Notes under the pieces: generated by a model
The model's database searches: none
What the model saw: the letters and a program-made list of their open reading frames with translations, nothing else
Told to the model about the DNA's origin: nothing
Shown: positions 37,755 to 50,803 of the stretch, in pieces
Numbering within the stretch: position 1 is the stretch's first letter
Layout: the number at the start of each line of letters is the position of its first letter
Source of the DNA: Lama guanicoe
Taxonomy: Eukaryota
Reading direction: 5' to 3'
NCBI GenBank assembly: GCA_013239625.1
Contig: MU055574.1
Location: 7,639,386 to 7,703,385 of the forward strand
DNA: 64,000 bases
Made by a program: the position numbers and the translations under genes

Positions 37755-38500
37755 AAAAAGGCAGAAAGCCCAACGAAAAAGGGAACAAAATATTTCAACA
37801 GGCGCTGTGTAAAAGAGATGAAAAGGGGCTCGACTTCACTCATCATCAGAGAAATGAAAATGAAAACTACAAGACTACACCACTAAATAACCACCAGCTT
37901 GGTCAAAATAAGCAAGATGAAAATACCACAGCAGAGTAGGGGCAGTGAGGACCCTCAGGCACTGTTGAAAGGAGTGTAAATAGGCACGTACACTTTGAAA
38001 AAGTGTGCGGCTGTTAACCAGCAACACTGACAGGTGTAAGCCCTCAGATCCAGCAACTCCACCCCTGGGTATACACCCAACAGATACGCACTATAACATT
38101 CACAGGAGCAGCATTTGTAATAGCCAAAGACAAAACCCAATTCATCATCGGTAGAACGAATAAATTGTTGTAAATTCATACAGTGAGATTCTATACAACA
38201 AGATTGAATGACTGTTACGTGCAAAAACATGAATGAACCTTGCTAACGTATTGGTAAGTGAAAGAAGCCAGAAACAAAAGAGAACACAGCGTAGGGTGTG
38301 ATTCCATACATGAAAGTATAAAAATTGGCAAAACCTCCATGGCATTTAAAGTCATAGAGTAGCTGGGAAAGGGCAAGAGAATTGCTCTTGGAATGCTGAT
38401 AACGTCCTGTTTTTTTCATCTGCTGTTTAGTTTGGGAAAATTCATCAAACTGTTGGTGTCCTTTTATGAATATATGGTATATTACACAATTTTAAAAAAT
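37755..38500 (+). mobile_element. Ancient L1 (L1M-type) 3' portion
   Basis: ctcatcatcagagaaatgaaaatgaaaactac, ccagcaactccacccctgggtatacaccc, gtgaaagaagccagaaacaaaagagaacac...gattccatacatgaa. Confidence 0.8.
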
Positions 38501-39099
38501 CTGGGTACATTGATTTGCCCCAGGTCCTCTTCTTACTCAAAACCCTCTTGATTTCCTTCTGTGTGTCACCCTTATAGACTCTAAGATCCCTGAAGCCAGA
38601 GACCAAGTGTTTTTCACCTTGGCTTCCTTCCTTCTTGCACAGGACGTGGCACACACCAGCTCTCAACAGATTATTCTAGACCCACGAACAGGCATGCTTC
38701 CTCAGCCCCGCTGATAAGTCCTGTTCTTTCATATGCTCTTGACTCCGAAGGCTGCATTTTTAGCCTCCCCACTAAGGGACAGGTTTTGAGATCTGCCTAC
38801 AGAACGCAGCAGTGATGATAATCTGCTTTTATTTGAGAACTGGCTTTGAGTCACAAGCTTTACGCAGATGATCCTTTGTCCCTCACCAGTGGGCTTCCAG
38901 CCAGTGGCTACTACCTCCACTTAACAGACCAAGAAACTAATGACTCCAGATTGAGGTTAAGTAACTTACCTCAAACCACACAGGGGACAAGTAGAATTGA
39001 AACTCAGGTTCTTTCTGATCCCCAAACCAGTGACCCTTCCACAGACCACACATGATCATCCAAAACACAGGTCATTGCTTTTCTCAAAGGCCTGCACAT

Positions 39100-39920
39100 C
39101 TTCCTGTCTCTCTCATCCTGGGCACCATCACCACTATGCACCTTGTCGTCCCGCTAGACTCCTGAGAACCGCCTTCTCTTTCCCTCATCCGTCACACTGA
39201 CTCAGTCACTGGGGCCGTTTCCTAAGCTTGAAAATCCATCCTGTGTTCACTATTCTGAATATCCTAGCATGAATTCAGGCCTCTGTTTTTTTCTTTTGAA
39301 GATGACTATAACTGTCTACAAACCACGTCTCCCAATCCAGGCTTGGGTTCCTCTTAATCACTCTTATGATGCTGCCTGAGAACTCCTGGTAGAATGCAAA
39401 TCTCAACATGTTTCTCTTCCTTGCCTACAGGAGAAATCCCCAACATACCAGCATGCCAAACCCTCCTTGACCTGGTCCCTGCCAAGCATTCCAGATCATT
39501 CCCTCGTGACGTCCACTCCTTCCCTCTCTATATCCTGTAATCCAGCCACATGAAGATCTGCTTGTGGGTTTTAAGTCTTTGGGCCTTTCCATGCCAGAGC
39601 TCTGTGTTCCCGGAACGCCTTTCCTCGTGCTGTCTACCAGGCAAACTGCAACTCAGCTTGCAAGTCGCAGCTCAAGCATTTACTCCTCTGTCAAACCCCT
39701 CCAGCAGCGCTGGCCAGTTCTCTTTCATGGCACAGCGAGGCTTCATGCATCTTCTCCTACAGCCCGTTTCACAAAGGACTGCAATATTTTGCAGTCTGCA
39801 CTTTACTTCTAGATCACTAGCTCCTCACTGGCAGACACGTGCCTGTTCTTGTCCGCATGAACAGGACACCACATAAAAATAAGTCAAAAATAGTCAAATA
39901 AGTTAATTAACAAATGAAAC
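39100..39920 (+). mobile_element. L2 LINE fragments
   Basis: Pyrimidine-rich L2-like sequence such as aatgcaaatctcaacatgtt and ccttgacctggtccctgcc. Confidence 0.55.
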
Positions 39921-41909
39921 TGATGGTATGTGGCTATATGTCATCTTAGTTGCAGATTATTTATGTTTAAGAGTAAAGCCAAAAAGAATGTTCCAAGCAG
40001 AAACAATGGGGTAAATGGATCATTTCTTTGTGTGAAGAAATGATGAGTGCAGCCCTAAGCGTAAGTTGAAAACATTCAGTTGTCGTATCTTTGGGCACAT
40101 AAGAGCCTCTGGCTTCTCAGCAATAATTTCCTCCCACCGCTAGGGCCAATCACGATGCTGGGCAGGAATTATGTTCAGGACTAAAAGGTAAAGTGTAAAG
40201 ATCTGTATTGAAGAGGGCATTTCTTGGTTCCCTAACCTCTGAACCTAGTGTAGATAACCAAATTCAGCCTCAAATCTTAGGTGGTACGAAAACAGTCTAA
40301 GATGTACTAGAGGTTATTCTCAGAGCTGACCAAGATGCAGCAGAACATCTGATTTACCCCATGGATCAGCTAAATTGAAGCGCAGCAAAAATAAACATTT
40401 TCCAGATTGTTCTATCATTTCCGAAAGGCAGGACAGGGACATGGACAAACACTAACTAGCCGGGTTGTGAAGTTATCTCTTCAAAGTGAAGAGACTAACC
40501 AAAGGGCTGGGGGTGCTGATGGAGATGAGCGTGGCTGTGAAGCACAAGTGAGAAAAGGGACTTGGAGTTCCAGAGCTGAGACTGAGGCCAAGTAATTGTG
40601 GGCAGGAATACTTAATTCACCAATCGCTCCACACCACCCCCGGGTCCTGGAGCAGAAGGCAGAACCCCAGCTGACCGCCAGAAAGCACTCCCCCCTCCAA
40701 AGGAGGAAGCTGATTACAGCTTTCACAAGCCCCCACGCTACGTGAAGACTGCAATTCAAAGGCTCTCCTAGAAAAAGACAGTGGACAGAGGCAGCCAAAT
40801 ACACCGAGAGACACACAGAAAAGCAGTAACTGTGTTGACATTCCTAAAAGAGGATGGGGGAGGAGCATCTTCCTCGCAGCAGCATTCTTTGATTGCCTTT
40901 TCTTGCTTCCTTTCTGAAGAGAGAAGGGAGGTGGGTGATGGCAGCGCGATCACGTACAAGACCCAGAGGGCAGCTGACATGAACTTCTATCTGGCCTCCT
41001 TGCACAAAGGCCTTATTATAATACACACATAAAAGTGCGTGGGCAAGCCTTGGAGGGTTGGTTCTCCGCACCCGCCCCAACCCCAAACTCACTCCCTACC
41101 CCGTGCTTTGAGTGCATTTGTGTACACACCCTCTGTCAGAATAGGTTCTTCACGTTGCCATGGAGCTGAAATCTCTGTAGTTTTGATGGGGGATCACACT
41201 GCTTTTATACTTCCAACAGCAGAGGTAAGAATCGCATGTTAACTCCAGTTACATTCCAGATTTTCTGTTGCTTGTCTTCGCATTCGCATGAACTCTATTT
41301 TTTTTTTCAACTTGCCCTTTGTAAGCCTGCCACCATGGAAGCTGCTGGCAAACTGATTCTTGTTTTTGTAATATCACTATGCAGAAACTGGAGCACATAC
41401 GTGATCTGTGAGCTTCCTCTCCCTGAGCCCCTCCCTTCTAACAGAGTTTATGACCTTATCTCACACCTGAGGGGAGTCGGTGAGAAACGCACAATAGAAA
41501 TCAATCCATATTTAGTAAATACCCTGTGAAACACAGAAAGCATCCTGTAACCAATATCTCTTTTCTCAGAATAAATCTGAACGTTATTTACACTCCGAAA
41601 GGTCCTCTTCAAATAGGCCTCAGCAATCAAAATCATATCTATAATACTTTTGCAAATATAGATAGACTTCTGCAAGTTCCACTTGGGTTTCATGTCAAAG
41701 CTCAGCTGTTACTTTATTGTTTAAAAATCAAATACAAGAATCTTGAAAAAAAAAAGACTTAACAATGGAACACAACATGATTTGCTAATGCAACTTCAAT
41801 ATTTATGCCAACCCTCCTTTTGGGACTTTGCATCTTGTAAGAAAATGATGATTTGCCTTCTACAAAATCAAGTGCAAAGGAGTTAAAGAAAATGATTTTG
41901 ATTTCCTAC

Positions 41910-42100
41910 CTGGAAATCTGCTTTCGGTCCTAGTCACACATGCTCACAATCTTGAGTCTCAGTTTCTCAGGTAAGTTCGCCAATCTGCTGACAAGAAGTT
42001 TTGTATTACGACTTCTCCTCCCGCAGAGCATTACATTAAGACTTGACTACGAAAATGACCAGAAGTGCTAACCAGAGCAGCCAAATGGAATTGATTGGTT
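41910..42100 (-). other. Candidate non-coding exon or regulatory element
   Basis: Minus-strand donor ttcCAG|GTAGGA at 41910/41909 in unique sequence containing CpGs; the 5' boundary is not defined. Confidence 0.3.
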
Positions 42101-42199
42101 TGAAGAAAGAATGTAAACATGTGGAGGTGGGAGAGGCGAAAAAGCTGGGTGACGCACGCAGAACCAAGCTACATATAACACCGGATGGCTGAGCAAAAT

Positions 42200-42610
42200 A
42201 AAATTTTAAAAATTTAAAACAAGCTTTTGAGCAACAAAATAAAGAGTGACTGGCACTCAGTGATGACCCAAAAGATACAATAAATATCCCTGTGTCCACA
42301 CCAAAATATATAAATAAAAGAGACTCTCTCCCTCCAAGGGGTAAAGCTTAATTATTCTCCCCTTAAGTGTGGGCTGACATCCAGAGAAGACAATGTGGAA
42401 AGAGAAAAATAGTAACTTTACTGTAGAAAAACCTAGCAGACTCTACCATAACCAAGTGATCAAGGTTAACACCACCAGTGATCAGTTACGTTGATAGGAC
42501 ACACCCCGTAATTCAATGCAACAAGAAGGGAACCCTCTGTGGACTTACTTCCCCTAAACCGGTAACTCCAGTCTACAAAATGCCTGGCCAACACTCTTCA
42601 AAAATATCCA
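42200..42610 (+). mobile_element. Ancient L1 (L1MC-like) 3' UTR fragment
   Basis: ccttaagtgtgggctg...agtaactttactgtagaaaaacctagcagac...accaagtgatcaaggttaacaccaccagtgat. Confidence 0.75.
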
Positions 42611-44819
42611 TCCCTTCTGAAACAAGTGGAGTATGCCACGGTATGCTATGTTATGGTATGTTATGTTATATATCACATTATATTTTGTATTAGATTGTAT
42701 TAAATATTTTACAAGTCAAGAGCCAATTAATACTAAACAAACTTTTCAGGAAAACCAGACAGTTCTTTAAAACTGTTAACCAAGCACTCAAACAGACTAG
42801 CCTTTTTAGGCAGCAATTTTGTTTAAATCATAATTTTTCTTTTTCTTTGATTTTAATGCTTCCATAGCACTTCAGAATGACATCTCCAAACACTGTAAGT
42901 TTAGTTTTTTTCTTAACCACAAATACTATGCATATTTTCACTATGACTACCAACACCGAGCCTGTTATTGGTGATTCTGACAATTATTTAAATAGGCTGA
43001 TTCTACATTGATTTCAATGGCACAGCAGTTCAATGTTGGCCAGTTACAGGACCTGGTGAGCACCCTCGCCAGACGCCCCATGCTGCTTGTGGATAGGCAT
43101 TCCCCAGCTTCCTGGCTGGGTGACAGCAACCACAACAGCCCACAAGGCGGGTGGAGAACCGATGAATAAAATGACAAATATTTGTGATGAAACAGGATGT
43201 TGGAGAAGGGGGAGAAGGGATGGAATATCTCAACTACTGAGCTACTGAAGCTACTTTGGAACTTTAACAGTATTCCCTTGTTGTAAAACCGAGAGCACTA
43301 CACAGATAGATCTTTTCTCTAGTGTCTCCCCCTTTATTGTAAACAATTTACAGAATTCCTATTGTACAATTCGTCCCCCAGGCACAAGATTTAAGACTTT
43401 GGGCCACTGACCCACAAACACTATACTCCCAACAAATGCTGTAATCATCCACTGAATACAATTCAAACGATGATGAGAAAATATAATTTTTTTTTCAGGC
43501 CAAAAAAACACTTTCAATAGATCTGCCCTTGCTGTTGATTGAATATATAATTTAAACGATTATTTACTAAGTTAAATCTCTCTTCTACGCCACTTAGTGA
43601 CAACAATAATAATACTTTACAGGCTCAGGGGCTTCTCTTCAAGAGCAAATAAAAGAAATTCTGAAACAAAACACAATACTTCACCTAACTTGCCCCAAAC
43701 TTCATTCTTAGTCTTTCTAATTCAATCAGTCCAATTCTACATCTCACACCATTTTTTTATCAGTTAACCATGAGCAAGTAACCATAAGCAAACTGTGGTT
43801 TTCATATCTATTGACCCAGGATAAGAATGGGCCAATATGTCATAAGCACACAACTGGCTTGACTTCTCCTCCTTTTCTTTGATTTATTAAAACCAACTTA
43901 ATTACTGTTTTGATAGTTTTGTTTGCCCATTTATTGTATAATACTTTTGATAAAACAATTCATCAAAAGTATCTTCTAAAATTAATTACTTAAAGGAAAC
44001 CACCTTTCATTAGCTTTGGAAATTTGTCTTCCCTGTTGGAAATACTGGAAGAGATCTTGAACCCCAGTCTGTAAATCAGTTGAGAAATATACTGTTCAGC
44101 TTCTACCAATTAATTAAATATTTATCAGATAACTAAGGTTACTTTTAAATGATTGTAAGATCAATCAAACCAATAAAAAGAAAATGCTATTATGCTTTAT
44201 AAATTCCAAAAGTATATCCCAGGTACCAAATAGAATCTGAGCCTCAGAAGAAGAAGAAAATCAACCGCAAGGCCCATTTTATACAATCAATAAGAGGCCG
44301 CTAAAGTGATTTTTGCAAATGACCAATGATTTGATGCCACATTTCTGAAATGATATTTAAATTTTAAAAGTAAGACACTCGGAAGCAGTGTCATAAATGC
44401 TCAAAAACACATGGAAAAAATGGATTTCCAAACATAGAGTTTTTAAAGTATTATAAATTTTTTTTGTTAAATACATTTCTTAATTTACCAGTCAGCTTCA
44501 CTGTACTCAGGTCTTAAATGTAATTTGCACCTACATTCTAAACTCTCTTTGTAAATCTACATTTATCTGTAGATACAACAAATATTTGTTAGATTCTTTA
44601 AATATTAAAAATACAAGCTGAAAATTTCCCTCGAACTTGAACATTCCATGTTTCCAGAATACACATGTCTGTAAGAATCCAATCCACTTGACGGTAGACC
44701 AAGGAGCAACAAGAACAGTGGTAAGCAGAGAACTGCACCTTTTTGACAATAACTTTTAAACAACTTTGAAAGCATTTCTGTCAAAAACTAATCAGAATAG
44801 ACAAACCAGATAAAACTAA

Positions 44820-45420
44820 GCTAAAATTATCAAACGTACAAAATAACAAAACAAAATTAAACCACAGTGAGAAATATTAGAACCAAGTATAAGCAACAAA
44901 AATTAATATTTATAATATATAAAGAGCTCATAGAAATTTATTTCTCAAAAATAACCAGGAAATAAACTATAAAACATGACAAGCCAATTCAGAAAGAGAA
45001 ATATAATTAATAAAGAAACCTCACGAATGATTAAAGAAATACAAATCAAAACAATGCAAGGAAGATTTTTATTTTGGCACAGCTATGATAAAAATGGAAA
45101 GTGATCTGAAAGATAGGGACCATGAATAATAAAAATATTCAAACCCTTTGAGTAAACAATCTCACAGGAGAAAAATGGTATATTCAAAAATAAGGGAATT
45201 TTAAAACTGTGACCATTAAAATAAAATCATATGACCATTAAAATTAGAGTACTGAAATTAGTAAAATGGAAAGTGTTCATGAAAATTTGCTTTTGAAAAT
45301 AAGGGCTATGTCAGTATCATGATTATAACTATTTCAAACGTGTGAACATGAGCAAAGATCAGGAGTATATAGGGAAAAATTAAAAATCAGATTGATTGTA
45401 AAAGGTGATCAGATAGCTCT
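44820..45420 (+). mobile_element. Highly degraded ancient L1 (L1ME-like)
   Basis: A-rich; taatatataaagagctc, gattaaagaaatacaaatcaaaacaatg. Confidence 0.55.
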
Positions 45421-48363
45421 GTCTTTTACTGATAAATGAGATAATATTTGCATGTGCGGTAAAAATTAAACACTTGACAAGAACAAATAAATGCAGTAAT
45501 CTAATGAGTTCCAAAATAAAATTTCCCAAATGCATCAACCAGTACCTACCATGAGACAATACTACTCCCCAGGCAAACTCACCAACGGCCGGATCTCTGT
45601 ACCCAAAGCAAGGCTCAAACTTTACACAAAGTGAGACTATGAATGATCCGTAGCATATCCATGTCCCCTGAGCCATTAATCCACGACAGGTCTCTAAACG
45701 TTTACTTCCTAGCTTGTGATGTTAGGGATGTTTCATTGTTATCCTTTTAACTGTACCACATCCATTATTTCTACGGGAGTTCATGACACGCTACCAAATC
45801 ACATTGTTTGAATACAGGCAGTTCTCAACTTACAAACACCTGACTGAGGAAAACCAAAAATAAAACCAGCTGCCGCTGTCCCTGTGTTGTCGCCTTCTAA
45901 CACTCCCAGAGGTCTTGCTGATACTCCCAGAGAGACTCAGCTGTTGTGAAAAAACAATCTTAAACTTCTGAGACCATTGGAAGGGAGGAAGGGTCAAAAG
46001 AGTGAAAGCCGGACCAGCCAGGGAAACCACACAAAGTCGGTGCTCACCCTCCACAGAACTCAATAAACGATGAGTGAATGAATGAATTTCCATTTTCACT
46101 CCTGTAGTTTGAGCCTGATGACTCTGCCCCTATCCTATTGCGGTAGCCTGATAACAGGCCTCCTTCTTGGGATCCTGATTCATGGAGCTGGAGCTAAAGA
46201 AGGGAATCAAAACCGAGAAACGAACAGCTGTGAGCAACAGGCTGCCCACTAAGGCAGTTCACAGGATCAAGTCCAAGCCCAGGACCAACTCAGAAAGGTC
46301 TGTCTCCAAAAGTGCAGGCAGAGAGTACGTGATACACAGAGAGGCAAGACATAAACGGTGAAAGAAAGACTTAAGTTCAAAGTCTAGCCAAGCTTATTAA
46401 CAAGGATGCCAAATGAGGGATCAAAGAAATGAAGTCCGTGTGATACAGAAGAAGGAAAGATGGTATCCAAGTGCGGGTGGGCCGGTTTGGGACTAGTCTT
46501 GTGACCCCTCAGAGCACCAGTGTGATGCAGGACTCCAGCCTCACTGAGATGGCAGACACAGAACCACTTTATACACATCTGAGATCTAGTAACTTCTCAA
46601 TTTGTTTCACTCTTTCTATATATTCATCTTCTGAAATTTCAAGCCACTCCATTGCTCAAAAATCTTCCTCAGCTCCTCTTACCAACTGAATCAGAAAAAT
46701 CACAGAACCTCGGCATTTGAAAGAGTTTTAAGGCCTTTTAGCTCACAGCAAAGGGGTAAAAACAACTTCACTCTTTCATTCAAGACCCATCACAATATGG
46801 TCCAGGCTATACTCCCTCTGACCCTTTAATCCTCTCCTTGCACATTTCTTGCCTCCTGGCTTTCACTCATGGCCATTATGCTGAACAACTACAGGAGGCA
46901 CCATTTATACCACAGTCTATGTGAATGGTGCCCTCCAAAGCTTGGTAACATTCAATTCTCAGGCAGCCATATGGGGTGCTCCTACTTACATCTGTCACAT
47001 TCTCTCCACCTGGAATGCCATCTCCCAACTCCATCTCTGCTTCCAAAGATGCTAACCACTCTTCAAAGACCCTGTCTTCCATAAAATCTTTCCTGGTTGT
47101 AATCTTTTTCTTTGAACTTTCATTTCACTGGTTTATGCCTCTTGTATGCATGTTCTGTCTTCTAGTATAATAATAAGTTAGTTATGCATGTCTTATAATC
47201 AATACTAGATTGTATGTATACTCCCTGAGAATGTAGATGGCATTGGATTCGCCTTTCTTTCTAAACAGTTCCAAGCCCGTTGCCCAAATCAGGACAGTAC
47301 CTAAATAGCTGTTTGCTGGACTTCCAGTCGGGATGGAAACAGAGGATTCAAGAACTAGAAAAGTTAGAGGGAGTTGTGTAGACTGGAAAGGAACATAGCG
47401 ATGGGAGACGTAGGACTGAATTTTGATAACCTGATGCCTTCAGGCCCACTGGTTTGGAGGGAGTGCACTTAGGTAGGATGTCACGGTCAAACACACACCT
47501 TTCTTTATTTCAAGATTTTGCCTGAGACCAAACGTGTACTTATGGAAAAAGAGGACTTCCTCTTCACCTTTTCCCCTCTCCAGTAAGACTCAAGCTTCCT
47601 AGAAAGTGAATTCCAAATTCTGCACAACCAAAGACACAGTTTTGAAACCAAGTACAGAGTAACCAAGCACAATTTAACCTGTTTCATATAATATCAAAAA
47701 ATAATTTTCCTTTTTCAGTTAACAAAAATCTACTAAAGAAAAAGTTTAAAGAACACAAATGTGAACACCTGGAGAGCAGGTTTATCATTTCAGGGATCTA
47801 AATAAGGTTTTCTCTACTATACAGAGCCCATGTGTCTGCCTAGCACAGAATATGCATTTTCATAATTAGAATGCATGCTAAAATGTCTATTTTGATAGAT
47901 GTATCATGCTCCAAGGAAACAATTATGATATATCAAAGGATGGTTAGCCATATAAAATATGATTCAGCATTAGCTACATAGAACGAGACACCTGCAAATT
48001 GCTACATACAGATATATACTGGTTGATAATCCAAAATATTTTAGTATACATCTATATAAATGAGCATTTATAATCTGAAAAATAAACCCCACACATTTTA
48101 AGACCGTGTAAATATAAACAAGGCAGAAGACAGGACAACAATATTAACGAGTACAGAGCTGGGGAATGAATTACATACTAAGCATGTAGAATAAGCCTTC
48201 ACACACCAAAAATTTTTTGAGATTTTTTTTTAAATTTATATCTAAAAAGGTTAGTTTTCTAAAACATTATCGAAAAGGAAAATTTTCAGGGTCATTACCA
48301 GGAACATAGATTACTACAGTAAACCTATTTATTTATATTTATAAGTATATACACAAACGTATG

Positions 48364-48390
48364 CACACACACACACACAGACACACACAC
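48364..48390. repeat. (CA)n microsatellite, interrupted
   Basis: CA run with one GA interruption. Confidence 0.9.
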
Positions 48391-49117
48391 TTCTGTATAC
48401 AAGAGCCTCTCCTATAAGACAAGGAGTACATTAAACACAGGAAACACACTACCAGATGGGACAAGCATGGTCTCAGCCCTGGTAGAAGTTAGATTCTAAG
48501 AAGAAAGATTAACAACAAATAGTTACTGTAAACTGGAGCCACAGTAATGTCTCCTTAAGCCACTGAGATGTATGCCCTTGCTTACTCCTCCACTCTTCAG
48601 CTTGCCTGTAGGCCTATGTTTTGTGCCTTTTTAAGATCTTACGTCTGATTTCTACAGTCTGTCTATTTCCTTCTTAACTTTCAGGCTGTCAGCTATCACT
48701 TTTGCAATCAATGTGCCATCCTTTACCACCAACACTCTTCTCCTTCCATCTAATGCACAACTCCTAATCATCTCTAGAAGTTTACATCATCGAGCCAGTA
48801 AAAACCAAGACTAAAATAAGGACAAAACAATCTCTGAGTGATGCCTTAATAAGAGCTTGGTATCATTGTGGTTTGATGAAATTCTTGCATTCTTTCTGAT
48901 GCGGTATTTCTATTATCTCATTGACCCAGGCATACATTGGAAGACAGTTAACAAATGTTCTACCCACGAAATTTCCCACCTCTTCTCCCATCCCCTTCTG
49001 GAAAAAAAAAATACAAAAACATAAAAGCCCCACGCTTCTGCTCAAAAGAAATACCCCTGCTGTCAGAAAAGGTTTCTTTAAGGAAAGTACGTAGCAATGG
49101 TATCATAATATATAGAC

Positions 49118-49300
49118 CACTGTTTCTCAAAGAGTAGTGCTCAAATCACCTGCATCAGAATTACCTGATCTGCTTCTTAAAATTCAGGTTTCCTCTGCAC
49201 CTCCTCAGATCTAGTGACTCATATTTATAGAGCGTAAGAACTTGAACTTTTTAAAAGCACCGCAGGAGTCCAGTGAGCATGCTAAAGCTTGAAACCGCTG
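49118..49300. mobile_element. MER5A-type (hAT-Charlie) DNA transposon
   Basis: cactgtttctcaaa...cacctgcatcagaattacctg...gctaaagcttgaaaccgctg. Confidence 0.75.
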
Positions 49301-49788
49301 ATCCAAATAATCAAAGAGTGCTTATTGAAGATGTCAGGCTGAGCCCTAAAGACCCGCGTCCTCTATTTCACTATCCGTCTCTAACATTTATTGAGTGCCA
49401 CCGTCTGCAAAGCACTGGAGAAAATTAAGTTGAAAAAGTTTAAAAAATAAAGTTTAAAGGCTGCTGCTGCCCAGGAAGCTTCCATTCTAACCAGGAAGAC
49501 TAAATATAGACAAATGAAAAGGCCTTTTAAATATACACACACAGTGCTCAGGAGGAGGGGATGGCTGCCCAACTGGAGTCTCATGGATGGTGGGCAAACA
49601 AACCCAAGAGAGGGGCTGAGTCAAGGACTGGGCGGACTATCATAGGAACTCCTAAAGGAAGACTTCCAAAGCAAGTCTGCGGCAGAATTGAAAAAGCAAG
49701 ATTTTCAAATGTGAGTCTCTCAAGAGGTGTGAAGATTGCCAGAGGGCATTTAAGATCAAAAAGAAAATCTGTATAATCGTATCTCTTG

Positions 49789-49894
49789 AAAAAGAATATG
49801 AAAAGGAATGTACACATGTGTGACTGAACCACTCTGCTGTACACCAGAAATTAATACAACATTGTAAATCAACTATACTTCAATTTTTTTAAAA
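49789..49894 (+). mobile_element. Very short L1 3'-end insertion with 14-bp TSD
   Basis: aaagaatatgaaaagg...gactgaaccactctgctgtacaccagaaattaatacaacattgtaaatcaactatacttcaat; TSD aatcgtatctcttg (49775-49788) and aatcgtatcttttg (49895-49908). Confidence 0.9.
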
Positions 49895-50261
49895 AATCGT
49901 ATCTTTTGGTACTACAGAGAGAAAGAGGAAAGCCTGGATGCAGGATAAAAAACCTCGGATATTGGCTTGGGAAAACCTCCTTGAAAATGAGCTTTTACAA
50001 ATAGATATTATCTTTTGAGGCAGACAGAGGAGATACTGTAATGTCCAGTTTATAGATGAGGAAATTAAGATTCACCTGAGACCCCTTTCCAGAGTTCTTG
50101 TAGAGCAGGGCTGGTCCTTTCTTTCCATCAGGGATTATCCAGACAGCCTGACGCTGCCTGAAGTCAAGGGATCATTCATTCTTACCTGTCCTTCAAAACA
50201 TCAAGCTACTCAGAAATGTTGTATTTCCCCACCCCTCCATTTCAAGAAGCCAGGGGAAGAA

Positions 50262-50289
50262 TGTGTGTGTGTGTGTGTGCGCGCGCACA
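50262..50289. repeat. (TG)n(CG)n alternating purine-pyrimidine tract
   Basis: TG run continuing directly into cgcgcgcaca. Confidence 0.9.
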
Positions 50290-50536
50290 TGTCCACACAC
50301 GAGGATACATGTATGCACGAGAGTGTGTGTGGAGGAGGTGTCGCTGACCAATTAATTAACCACTCGTTATTTCTTAATGAAGAGCCACTGTGTTTAGTAT
50401 TCTAATGGATGCTACAGTAGCAATAGCATTTATGGCAAATTATGCAGAAAAATACTCAAAGTCTCTTTGATTTGTGGTCAAAATGACCACCCAAAATCAT
50501 CATACTGGGTTAGTGAGACACATCTTTCCTCCAGCT

Positions 50537-50803
50537 ATACTGTCCAATATGATGACCACAGGTGAACATTTAAATTTAAAATTAACATTAAATAAAATAA
50601 AAAATTTAGTCTCTCAGAAAATTGACACAATATTGTAAACTGACTATAACTGAATAAAATAAAATTAAAAAAAAATTTAGTCCCTCAGGTGCACCAGTCA
50701 CATTTCAAGGGCTCCAAAGCCACATGTGGTTAGTGGCTACCATACGACCAGTTCAGATATAGGGCATCCCCATCACTGCAGAGTTCAACTGGACGCCCCT
50801 GCT
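50537..50803 (-). mobile_element. MER3 DNA transposon interrupted by an L1 tail
   Basis: ctgtccaatatg...tttaaatttaaaattaa...cagtcacatttcaaggg...agccacatgtggttagtggctacc... Confidence 0.8.
50618..50670 (+). mobile_element. 53-bp L1 tail-only insertion with 18-bp TSD
   Basis: aaaattgacacaatattgtaaactgactataactgaataaaa...; TSD aaaaatttagtctctcag (50600-50617) and aaaaatttagtccctcag (50671-50688). Confidence 0.88.
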
